A DNA stretch of 64,000 nt. Origin: a virus. Its lineage: Duplodnaviria; Caudoviricetes. A model generated the notes under the pieces. That model made no database searches. It worked only from the letters and a program-made list of their open reading frames with translations, and was not told the DNA's origin. Made by a program: the position numbers and the translations under genes. This document shows positions 15,685 through 23,807 of this stretch, one piece after another (within the stretch, counting starts at the first letter, position 1; each line of letters begins with the position of its first letter). Where the stretch lies: positions 11,827 through 75,826 of IMG/VR virus record IMGVR_UViG_3300010052_000154. One strand, written 5' to 3'.

Positions 15685-16851
15685 CTAGCCCAGCATCGCC
15701 CCGGCGTGACGCGGCGCGATGAGCCTCTGCCCCCACGCCAGGTTCACTTCGTAGCGGAGCTGGCGCTTCTGGCGGTACAGGCAGAACTCGTACGTGATCA
15801 GCGACACCGGATCGGTGAGCATCAGCACGTCGTCGGCACTGTCGCCGCCCTCCGGCATGGCCGGGGCGCGGGTGGCCAGCTGCACCGCAGTCCGCTGGAA
15901 GAACATGTCGCGGCGGGCGGTGCCGACCACGGTGATGTTCGTCGCCGCCGCCGGAATGGCCTGGATCAGGCCCGGTTCGGCGAGCGTGATCGTGCCGCCG
16001 TTCGACACGTCGGCGTCACCGGCCACCACCAGATACTTGCGCGGGTCACCGGCGAACGAGATGAAATCGCCCGCGAGGACGGTGCCGGTGCCGGCGTTGG
16101 CCAGCGTGATCTGGACGGCGCCAGCGGCGTAGCCGGCAGCGTTCGTGGTGGCAGAAGCGCCGGTGCCGGCGGTGACCGGCAGCTTGCCGGCCGCGGTCTT
16201 GTGGACCTGGAAGCCCTCGACCTCACCGACGACGCCTTTGCGCAGCAGGTCGTCCGTCCCGGCTTCGTTGACCTTGAAGAGCACAGACTGCGTGCCGCTC
16301 AGATTGCGGTAGCCGGCCGAACCGAGAACCATGTGGCGATCCGCGTCCGGCGCGCCGTTCTCGTCCAGCAGCTCGTTCGCGCGAGCGAAGTCCGAAAGGT
16401 CGCCCGCGATGCCGAACGGGGTGGTGCCCGCCGTACCGACCGCGCGGCTCACCGACTTGTACATCTCGGTATAGACGTCGGCTTCGACCTCGTTGGTCAG
16501 GGTGCGGAGGGCCTGGGCGATCCGGTCGCGGTTGACGGTCCCGAGGGTGCCTCCCGATTGCAGGCCCTTGGTCTCCTCGCCGTTGATGCCGAAGGGCACC
16601 GACCGGGCTTTCGTGATGGTCATATCGACCTTGCCGATCGTTTGGTTGGGCGGGTTGCCGGCCACGTTGCCGACGGTCAGGTCCTCGGCCTGCATGGCGC
16701 CGACGACCGGCGAGGAGATCGTTTGGCCGACGGCGGCCCGTTCGGCGGAGAAGTCCTGCGAAACGGCGCCGATCAGACCCACTTTCTCGCGGGAGACGAC
16801 GTCGAAGGCTTCGTAGATGGTCGGAATGAGACCATTGAGGGTCAGGCCCAT
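15685..16851 (-). CDS. Major capsid protein (P22 coat-like)
   Basis: 388 aa after the scaffold gene, with LIPTIYEAFDVVSRE, VGEVEGFQV and YEVNLAWG motifs. Confidence 0.9.
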   Translation of the reverse strand: MGLTLNGLIPTIYEAFDVVSREKVGLIGAVSQDFSAERAAVGQTISSPVVGAMQAEDLTVGNVAGNPPNQTIGKVDMTITKARSVPFGINGEETKGLQSGGTLGTVNRDRIAQALRTLTNEVEADVYTEMYKSVSRAVGTAGTTPFGIAGDLSDFARANELLDENGAPDADRHMVLGSAGYRNLSGTQSVLFKVNEAGTDDLLRKGVVGEVEGFQVHKTAAGKLPVTAGTGASATTNAAGYAAGAVQITLANAGTGTVLAGDFISFAGDPRKYLVVAGDADVSNGGTITLAEPGLIQAIPAAATNITVVGTARRDMFFQRTAVQLATRAPAMPEGGDSADDVLMLTDPVSLITYEFCLYRQKRQLRYEVNLAWGQRLIAPRHAGAMLG

Positions 16852-16865
16852 CGTGGGGTCCTTTC

Positions 16866-16961
16866 AGTTCTGGATTGTGGGGGAGCAGGTGGCGGATGGC
16901 CGCCGGGGGTTTGGGCCATCCGACCCGGGCGCCGTCCCCCATCCAGGGGCTCGGCAGAACT
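16866..16961 (-). promoter_or_regulatory. Structured 5' leader of the capsid gene with two GGA-loop hairpins
   Basis: CCCC-TGGAT-GGGG and GGGTC-GGAT-GGCCC hairpins, an alternative 9-bp stem, and a closing 7-bp stem AGTTCTG/CAGAACT next to the RBS. Confidence 0.5.
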
Positions 16962-16964
16962 CGA

Positions 16965-17792
16965 TCAGGCGTCGGTGAGCGTGAGCTTCCCGGCGCGCAT
17001 CTCTCCGGCCTTCGCGGCCTTGTCCGCGGGCGACAGGGCGTCGAACTGGCTGCGGCTCATGGTGGCCTTGCCGGACTGACCGCCGTTGCCGTTCCCGGCA
17101 CCGCCACCGGAACCCATTTGCCCCTTCAGGATTTGGTCGCGATGGGGGTAGCTGCTGACCAACTCCTCGAGCGCCTCGTCGAACTCGGCGAGGTTTCCGG
17201 GACTGGCGCGGCTGTAGATTTTCTTGCCGGCGGCGTCGTAGGCGACGAGGCGGTTGTCCTCGACCTTGAAGTTGCGGCCGAACTGCGCCTGCATCAGATC
17301 GACCGGCACGGCGATCTTCTCGGAGATGAACTTCGAGCGGTTGAACCCGCCGCCGATCAGCTCGCCGTGGAACGCCGAGGTGACGGCGTCGCGCTCGTCC
17401 GAGATCTTCTTGATCTCCTCGTCCTTCGCCTTCACGGCGGCGGCGACCTGCTCTTCAGCGGCGCGCTTGGCGGCTTCGGTGATTTCCTTGATCTGAGCGG
17501 CGGTCTTGATATCCCCGCTGGCCAGGCTCTTCACGGTCTCCAGGGCCGTGCGCGCGGCGTCGGCGTCCTCGATGCCGTCGAAGGCCTTGAGCGCAGCCTC
17601 GGCCGCCTCTTTCTCCTGCCGGTGGCGCATGGCCTCGCCGTTCAGCGCGGTGACCTTGGACACCGTAGAGGGGGCGTCGAACCCGATCTCCTTGCCGTCC
17701 TCATGGACGTAAACGGGCAGTCCCGCGCTATCGAGGACAGCCAGGGTCACGGTCTTGCCGTCGACCTGCACGTCGATGGTCTTGAGCTTCAT
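16965..17792 (-). CDS. Capsid scaffolding protein (DUF6651-like)
   Basis: GLPVYVHEDGKEIGFDA, LNGEAMRHR, FNRSKFISEK and YPHRDQILKG...SGGGA motifs. Confidence 0.85.
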   Translation of the reverse strand: MKLKTIDVQVDGKTVTLAVLDSAGLPVYVHEDGKEIGFDAPSTVSKVTALNGEAMRHRQEKEAAEAALKAFDGIEDADAARTALETVKSLASGDIKTAAQIKEITEAAKRAAEEQVAAAVKAKDEEIKKISDERDAVTSAFHGELIGGGFNRSKFISEKIAVPVDLMQAQFGRNFKVEDNRLVAYDAAGKKIYSRASPGNLAEFDEALEELVSSYPHRDQILKGQMGSGGGAGNGNGGQSGKATMSRSQFDALSPADKAAKAGEMRAGKLTLTDA

Positions 17793-17805
17793 GGTGGTGC
17801 TTTCT

Positions 17806-17861
17806 CCGGCATCCGCCGGCGGCTATGGGCCTCCGGCCCGGGCGCCCTGCCCGTCCTGGGC
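17806..17861 (-). promoter_or_regulatory. Three GGA-loop hairpins in the scaffold gene leader
   Basis: GCCC-AGGAC-GGGC, GGGCC-GGA-GGCCC and CCGGC-GGAT-GCCGG; the last overlaps the GGAG RBS. Confidence 0.5.
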
Positions 17862-17869
17862 GCGGGCAT

Positions 17870-17896
17870 GAAAAAACCCGCCTGGGTGGGCGGGTT
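17870..17896 (-). terminator. Intrinsic terminator upstream of the scaffold gene
   Basis: AACCCGCC-CACCCA-GGCGGGTT-TTTT on the minus strand. Confidence 0.7.
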
Positions 17897-18090
17897 GTGG
17901 TGGTGCTGGCGAGGGTCGCCCCGCCTATTGGTCCGGGCTTCCCACCTTCGGCGCTGCATGGCGCCCTCCCTGCCCGGTGTCATGCAGGGAAGAGGAACCT
18001 CGGCGCGGCGATACGATCAGGATGGGCTTTGCGGTCGCGCCCGGGCGACCGTGGAAACGCCGAGGCTCCCAAGAGTTCGGCGCGCCCCGA

Positions 18091-18342
18091 CTACGACGTC
18101 TGGGGCGTGATCTTTCCGCGGGCCAAGCACGAGGCGCAGACCCAGATATCGGAGCCCCCGGTGATCCGGAGGCGTTCGTCTTCGAAGGCGCCCTGTCGGA
18201 CCTTGATGAGTGCGCGGGTACGGACACCGATGGCGGTCTCGCAGACCCGGCATTCCCAAAACCGGAGCGACTTGGCCTTGCGGTTGCGCTTGGGCTTGGC
18301 CGGCTGGCCGCCTTCGATGACGCGCAGCCGGCTGTTCGTCAC
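18091..18342 (-). CDS. Small zinc-ribbon protein
   Basis: CRVC...CASC and an N-terminal LRVIEGG motif; GTGA-coupled to the upstream ORF. Confidence 0.6.
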   Translation of the reverse strand: MTNSRLRVIEGGQPAKPKRNRKAKSLRFWECRVCETAIGVRTRALIKVRQGAFEDERLRITGGSDIWVCASCLARGKITPQTS

Positions 18343-18506
18343 GCGGCGGCTTGCTCGACCTCTGCCCGGACCTCGTCCCGGTTCGCCTCGGGATGCAGGC
18401 GCATGTAGTCGTCCACGGCGTCGTCGACACCGTAGTCATCCACCATCCGCCGGCCGTTCAGCAACATCCTGGTCGGCGTGTAGTTCTGGCGATGGTCCGC
18501 CGTCAT
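18339..18506 (-). CDS. 55-aa acidic protein, candidate immunity protein for the MuF-ART toxin
   Basis: ATG at 18506 overlaps the MuF stop (ATGA); sequence MTADHRQNYTPTRMLLNGRRMVDDYGVDDAVDDY... Confidence 0.55.
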   Translation of the reverse strand: MTADHRQNYTPTRMLLNGRRMVDDYGVDDAVDDYMRLHPEANRDEVRAEVEQAAA

Positions 18507-20167
18507 TCCACGACCTCGAGCACGATGGTCCGGTAGATAAGGTTGTCGACCACATCTACCAGCTTCTCGGCGACACGATACTTCAGGCCGAGCGGAAACA
18601 GAACCTCCTCCTCCCCAGGGTTGAGCGAGAGGGGTTCGATGTAGGCGCCGCGGCCCGGATTGCGGATCTCCAGCAGCAGCCTTGTCGCCCCGCTCCAGGA
18701 CTGCGCGAAGCCCTTGCTGCGGCTGAAGCTCAGGAGCTGGTTGCCGAGGTCGAGTTCCTCGCCAGCGACGGCGCGATCCCAGAACCGCTCGGCGACGTCG
18801 GCGCGTTTGGCCGGCGCCCGCCACACCGGCGAGGTCTCCTGCGGCAACTCGTCTGCGCCGCGCGAGGCCAGGGCCGTGAACTGCCGGTCCTCAAGGGTGA
18901 AGCCGCCCTCCCGCATGCGGCGGTTGATCGGCCCATACCCCTGGCCGGTGTAGTAGCGGATCGCCGAGAGGTCTTCGGCCTTGGCGTTCCAACTCTCGTC
19001 CTCGGCAATTTCCTTCACCCTGGCCTTGTGCCGGGCCGCTGTTCCCCCATCGCCCCACAGGCGCTCCAGGAGGGCGTTCTGGGCCTTCGGGTCGGCCAGG
19101 AACTTGGCGATCTCGTCCTTCGGCACGCCCGGTGGCGGCTTGATCGGCAGGTCCAGCCCTGATTCCGCGAAGGCCTCCGCATCCCGCTGGCGAAGCTGGG
19201 CCAGGGAGAGCGTCTTGCCCCCCTCATCGACGAAGCGCTCGACCTTGAGCCCCCCGGTGCGGAACAGCGCGCCACGAGCCGGGCCAAGGATGTCGTCTTG
19301 CACCTTCACCGGCTGGCGGCCGAGCCACTCGGCGTAGGACATCGTCTTCATCGGGGCGACGCCGGCGATGTCGCGGATCTTCGGCCGCATCGTGGAGCGG
19401 CAGTTGATGTGCGCCGGCGGCCGCGGGCCCTTGTCGATCGGGAAGACCTGCTCCGACCGCGAGATGCAGACTAGCGAGGTCCGGCCGTCCAGCGTCGAGG
19501 TCCAGATCAGGCCGAGGATGACGTCGGCGTGGGCCTCCCAGGTCTTCTGGTGGGCCACGGTGCTCGTGTGCGTGATCGCCGTGCGGACCATCGCCTCGGC
19601 GCCGCGGCGGGACACCTCCATGATCCCGTCGCGGTACTGGTTGGCGCGCGTGCCCCGCAGGCTGCGCACGATCTGATCGGTCGTCCGCCCCTCGACGAAC
19701 CCCTGGCGGATCGTCTCACGCACGCGGGTGGCGGCGCCCTCCTCCGCCCCGGCCAGCCATTCCCGGAGCAGCCGCCCCTGGAATGGCCGTGCCCGGACGG
19801 CCCCCATAACTTGGTCCACCGCCGGAGCAGCGCTGGAAATCTGCACCCCGGCCGCGCGCGCCGCGACGCGCGCGACGTTCTGGGCGAAGTCCACCTCGAC
19901 CTCGGACAGCGCCGTGAGGTCGGCCTCGAACGCGGGTCGCACGAGGGCCCATCCGGCGGCCTGGATCTCGCGCACTGCGGTCAGGAGCTGCGCCAGCCGC
20001 CGACCGGCGACCGTCTCGCCAGCCTCCTCCGCTATCCGCTCCACGACGGACGCCTCGGTGCGATTGAGCAGCGCCAGCATGCGGCGGACGAGCGTGGTCG
20101 AGTACCGGCTCAGGCCGATACGGTGGCGCACCACCTGGTCGTGGATGCGCTCGGCCGTCGTCGCCAT
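18503..20167 (-). CDS. MuF / SPP1 gp7-like head morphogenesis protein fused to a C-terminal ADP-ribosyltransferase domain
   Basis: MuF motifs WTSTLDGRTSLVC and PPAHINCRS. ART motifs AIRYYTG..Y..IN..MR, W-R, LSFS and EEEVLFP (R-S-E class). Confidence 0.9.
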   Translation of the reverse strand: MATTAERIHDQVVRHRIGLSRYSTTLVRRMLALLNRTEASVVERIAEEAGETVAGRRLAQLLTAVREIQAAGWALVRPAFEADLTALSEVEVDFAQNVARVAARAAGVQISSAAPAVDQVMGAVRARPFQGRLLREWLAGAEEGAATRVRETIRQGFVEGRTTDQIVRSLRGTRANQYRDGIMEVSRRGAEAMVRTAITHTSTVAHQKTWEAHADVILGLIWTSTLDGRTSLVCISRSEQVFPIDKGPRPPAHINCRSTMRPKIRDIAGVAPMKTMSYAEWLGRQPVKVQDDILGPARGALFRTGGLKVERFVDEGGKTLSLAQLRQRDAEAFAESGLDLPIKPPPGVPKDEIAKFLADPKAQNALLERLWGDGGTAARHKARVKEIAEDESWNAKAEDLSAIRYYTGQGYGPINRRMREGGFTLEDRQFTALASRGADELPQETSPVWRAPAKRADVAERFWDRAVAGEELDLGNQLLSFSRSKGFAQSWSGATRLLLEIRNPGRGAYIEPLSLNPGEEEVLFPLGLKYRVAEKLVDVVDNLIYRTIVLEVVE

Positions 20168-20172
20168 GTGGG

Positions 20173-21648
20173 TTAGGCGGCGACGTCCGGGTTCAGCGGA
20201 TCGTCCTCGACGTCACCATCGTCGGTGTGGGTGCCGAGACCTGGCCCCTCCGCCTCGACGCGTTCGATCTCCTGGTCGGCGTCGACCTCCGGCGCGAGTT
20301 CGCCGCGCCGCTTGAGCTCGTTGATCGCGGTGGCCTTCGAGAGCAGACCGCTCTGCTGCATCGACAGGATCAACTGGCCGCTCGCCAGGCCGAGCACGAC
20401 GGCGCCGAAGTCCTTGAAGAGCGTGACGTTGCCGCCGGATTTCAGGCCGCCAAGCTCGGCGAGGAGTTGCAGCGCCTGGTCGAGGCTGTCCTCGAACCCT
20501 TCGGCGATCCGCTGGAGGTCCGACTTGTTCGCCTCGTTGTCGTTGGCTGATTCCGTGGCGGTGCGCGTGCCCGGCCGCTTCTCCAGCAGCTCGGCGCCGG
20601 CCTGGATCATCTGCTGTTCGAGGTCCTGCAGGCTTTCCTTGCCCGCACCGATCCCCTCACCGGAATGCTCGACGAACTTGAGGTCGGCTTCGGTCGACGT
20701 CGTCTTCACCGCCGTGGCGACGCCGACCACGATGTCGTCGTCCTCCTGGAAGCCCTTGCCAAACAGGATCGGGACGCGAGCGACGTGTAGGATGTTGTCC
20801 TGGTCGCTCTGGCTCTGCCAGTGCTTCACGTTGAGGTAGGCGAGGTCCAGGAGAGGCGAGACGCCCATCATGAAGCCCAGCCGCGTGCCGTAGATCGGGA
20901 CGAAGGGGATGCGGTTGAGCGTCGTGGTGCCGCTGTCGGCGATTACCCACTCCTCCGACCTCTCAGCCTTTTCGTACGTGGCCCACCGGCCGGGCTCCAG
21001 CACCCGGACGCGCTCGACCTCCTTTTCGCCCCACTCGCCATCGTCACGGGTCTCGCACTCCAGGATGCGCAGCTGGACCAGGGTCGCCACGCCGTCGACG
21101 CGCTTGATCTTCCAGCCCAGGATCTGGTTGTGCATGACCCGAACGAAGTACGGGCGGACGCCCGCGGCCTTTTCGTCTGCACGGGTGATGTTGGCGGCGA
21201 CGCCGACGATGGGCTTCGGCGCCTCGACGAGGATGCCGCACAGCCCGTAGGCCAGCGCCTCGAGGGCCATTTCGCTCGCCAGGGTGAGCAGGTTGACGCC
21301 CTCGCGGTCGATGTCGTCGGCCCAGCCGGAGACGCCGACGATCGGTGGCGTGGCGTTTGGATCGGCGGTGCGCCCACAGATCTCGACCGGGGTCTCCGGC
21401 GAATAGGTGAGCGGCCGCGCGAAGGGCTTGGCGGCCATGACCTTCGCGGTGCGCCGGAAGGCCGGGAACAGCGTCGCCTGCGCCAGGCGCGCCTTGTACG
21501 CGTCCGGATCCTCGTTCGGAAACTTCGGCAGGAACTTCTCGCCGGCCGCGCGCATCGCACCAGTGCCCGCCATCAGCGCTTCGAGCATGGGCCAGTGCTC
21601 GGCCATCGTCGCGACGGCCGCCGACCTATCGTTGACCTTGGCCGCCAT
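20173..21648 (-). CDS. Portal protein (DUF4055-like)
   Basis: AGEKFLPKFPNED..AYKARL and LAYLNVKHWQSQSDQDNILHVARVPIL motifs; located directly after terL. Confidence 0.9.
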   Translation of the reverse strand: MAAKVNDRSAAVATMAEHWPMLEALMAGTGAMRAAGEKFLPKFPNEDPDAYKARLAQATLFPAFRRTAKVMAAKPFARPLTYSPETPVEICGRTADPNATPPIVGVSGWADDIDREGVNLLTLASEMALEALAYGLCGILVEAPKPIVGVAANITRADEKAAGVRPYFVRVMHNQILGWKIKRVDGVATLVQLRILECETRDDGEWGEKEVERVRVLEPGRWATYEKAERSEEWVIADSGTTTLNRIPFVPIYGTRLGFMMGVSPLLDLAYLNVKHWQSQSDQDNILHVARVPILFGKGFQEDDDIVVGVATAVKTTSTEADLKFVEHSGEGIGAGKESLQDLEQQMIQAGAELLEKRPGTRTATESANDNEANKSDLQRIAEGFEDSLDQALQLLAELGGLKSGGNVTLFKDFGAVVLGLASGQLILSMQQSGLLSKATAINELKRRGELAPEVDADQEIERVEAEGPGLGTHTDDGDVEDDPLNPDVAA

Positions 21649-21651
21649 GGG

Positions 21652-23355
21652 CTAGACCCGGAACCCCGAGACGGTCGCCTTGGGCGGCGGCGGCGCGAGC
21701 GCCAGCTCGTTCAGCCCATCGGCGAACGCATCGACCTGATCGTCGTACGTCCCGGCAGGGAACGTGCAGACCTCGTTCATGAAAGCCTCATTCCAATCGC
21801 CGCGGAGCAGCTTGACGTTACCGACCTCGGCCTGGGCCGATGCGGGGGTTGCGCGGGTCACCTTGTCGCCGGTCGGCGGAATTGCCTTCACGGCGTAACC
21901 GGCAAGCTCTGTGATGAAGGTCAGCGCCTGGGCTTTGCCGGCCTGGGCTGGGTCCTGCGGGATGCGGACGGTCGTTCCCTTCGGATCCTGGCTGGCGACC
22001 GCCTTCAGGAGGCGCTGCACACCGGCCGGGCCGAGGCGGTCACGGACGACGTCGACGACGTAGAACACCCCATCTTCGTCCCGGGTGATCTTGAGGCCGA
22101 CGGTGTAGTCCCCGGCGCCCTCGGTGGCGCCGAAGTCCCACGCGCGCACCCAGCGCTTGCAGCTTGCGGGCAGGACATCGACGACCTGGAACCAGGCCCG
22201 CTTGAAGAGACCGCCTTCGCGGGGCGCGGGCCGTTGCTGGTACTGGCCGGCCCAGGCGTACTCGCCCTTGAGCTTCTTGAGCCGGTCGACCTCGGCGCGT
22301 GGGAAGCGCTCGGGGAAGAGCAGCTCCCCGTCGACGGTCCGTGGGTCCTCGAAGAAGAGACGCCCTCGGATGAAGGTCTGGCAGGGCCCGCCCGACCGCT
22401 GGCCTGTTTCAGGATCGATCCGCTCGGCCTCGAACTCCATCGGGAGGCAGAGGTGAACGAACCCGACGTCGAGCCCGATGATTGCGCCGGAGACGTCTTT
22501 CTCATGCAGGCGCTGCATGATGATGACGGTGGCGCTGCGCTGCAGGTCGTTGAGACGGTCGGACGCGCCCTCGCGGTACTGCGTGACGGTCTTGGCCCGC
22601 TCGACGTCGCTCTCGGCCGTGGTGGTCGAATGCGGATCGTCGCAGATGAAGCGATCGCCACGGCCGCCGGTCAGCGACTTGAACGGACGGCAGTCGCGGA
22701 CACCGCCCAGGCTGTTCTCGAAGAGGAACTCGCCCCACTTGGCGGTCTTCCTGACGAAGCTCTCGCGGTCCTCGCCCTCGCCCCACAGCGCCTGGTACTT
22801 GGGGCTCTCGATGATCTTCTTCGTCTTGCGGCTATCGCGCAGGACGTTGTCTTCGGAGTACGAAGTCGTCAGGTAGCGCAGGTCGGGCCGCTCGCACGGC
22901 CCCCACTCCCAGGCCGGCCAGAACACCGACACCGTGAGCGACTTCATCATCCCCGGAGGGACGTTGATCAGCAGGTTCTGGATCTCGCCACGGGTGACCG
23001 CCTCGAGGTGATCGCAGATCGCGCGGATCGCCCAGCCGCCGACAAACGGCGTGCCCGGCTCGACGACGCTCCAGAACTCCTGGATGAAGCCGTAGAGCGA
23101 CTTGCAGCGCTCGCGGATCTTGGTCTCGTTGCGCTTGGCCTGCTTTCGCAGCAGCGCGGCGAGTTCGGCTTCCTTGAGCGCGAGGAGCTCGGCCTCAAGC
23201 GCATGCCGGCTCGTCCGCTCGGCGATGGTCCGATAGGCGTTCGGCCGATGCGCCTGGCCACGACAGCCCGGACGCCGCAGATCACGGCGGCGCGGGGCCA
23301 GGGGCGCCGGCGCGAGCGGTGCGACGCCCCCAAGGAGCCGACCCGTCCGCGTCAC
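21652..23355 (-). CDS. terL: Terminase large subunit
   Basis: Walker A-like INVPPGMMKS, Walker B ICDDPH, IIMQRLHEKD, YQQRP and nuclease AWDFGA / DDQVDAFA motifs. GTG start overlaps the terS stop; the exact start is uncertain. Confidence 0.93.
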   Translation of the reverse strand: MTRTGRLLGGVAPLAPAPLAPRRRDLRRPGCRGQAHRPNAYRTIAERTSRHALEAELLALKEAELAALLRKQAKRNETKIRERCKSLYGFIQEFWSVVEPGTPFVGGWAIRAICDHLEAVTRGEIQNLLINVPPGMMKSLTVSVFWPAWEWGPCERPDLRYLTTSYSEDNVLRDSRKTKKIIESPKYQALWGEGEDRESFVRKTAKWGEFLFENSLGGVRDCRPFKSLTGGRGDRFICDDPHSTTTAESDVERAKTVTQYREGASDRLNDLQRSATVIIMQRLHEKDVSGAIIGLDVGFVHLCLPMEFEAERIDPETGQRSGGPCQTFIRGRLFFEDPRTVDGELLFPERFPRAEVDRLKKLKGEYAWAGQYQQRPAPREGGLFKRAWFQVVDVLPASCKRWVRAWDFGATEGAGDYTVGLKITRDEDGVFYVVDVVRDRLGPAGVQRLLKAVASQDPKGTTVRIPQDPAQAGKAQALTFITELAGYAVKAIPPTGDKVTRATPASAQAEVGNVKLLRGDWNEAFMNEVCTFPAGTYDDQVDAFADGLNELALAPPPPKATVSGFRV

Positions 23356-23807
23356 TGGTCGGCGGCCTCCGCCTCCCGCGCGGCGACAAGCTGGGCGTCG
23401 ACCTCGGCGGTACGCTCACGGATCTCTTCGGGCGATAGATGCTCATAGGACAAAGCGACGCGCTGAACAGGCGCGGTCTTCGGCGCCATGCGGGCGGTTG
23501 CCCACTTGGTCGCCTCGAGGTGCGCGCGGGCGCCGGCAGCATCGACCTTCTTGCCCCTGTACTGCATGCCCATGGCCGCAGCGCGCGTGATCGACAGGAC
23601 TTCTTCCTGCATTGCCTCCGCGCGGCCCTCGCGCGCACGCGCGTACTGTTCGCGGCGTCCGTCGTCGGAATGCAGCCACGTGCTGGTCGAGGGCACGTGC
23701 AGGCCCAGCTTTTCGCAGGCGGCTCGGAGGCTCTGCCCCTCCCAGATCATGTCCAGGAGGGGTGTCAGGTCCTCTTCCTTAGGCCGCCTCTGTCCGGCGC
23801 CGTCCAT
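23352..23807 (-). CDS. terS: Terminase small subunit (Sf6/P22-like)
   Basis: GQSLRAAC..LG....STWL, QYARARE and KW..ARMAPK motifs; directly upstream of terL. Confidence 0.8.
   Translation of the reverse strand: MDGAGQRRPKEEDLTPLLDMIWEGQSLRAACEKLGLHVPSTSTWLHSDDGRREQYARAREGRAEAMQEEVLSITRAAAMGMQYRGKKVDAAGARAHLEATKWATARMAPKTAPVQRVALSYEHLSPEEIRERTAEVDAQLVAAREAEAADQ

Noticed and set aside
16866-17861. Canonical CsrA/RsmA binding sites
   Set aside because: Loops lack the A-N-GGA consensus and the presumed host group is not known to use CsrA; retained only as a GGA-hairpin motif of unknown ligand.
23200-23355. Frameshift or separate gene in the Arg/Pro-rich N-terminal extension of terL
   Set aside because: The other two frames give nothing better, and the GTG overlaps the terS stop, so this is probably just an uncertain start or disordered leader.
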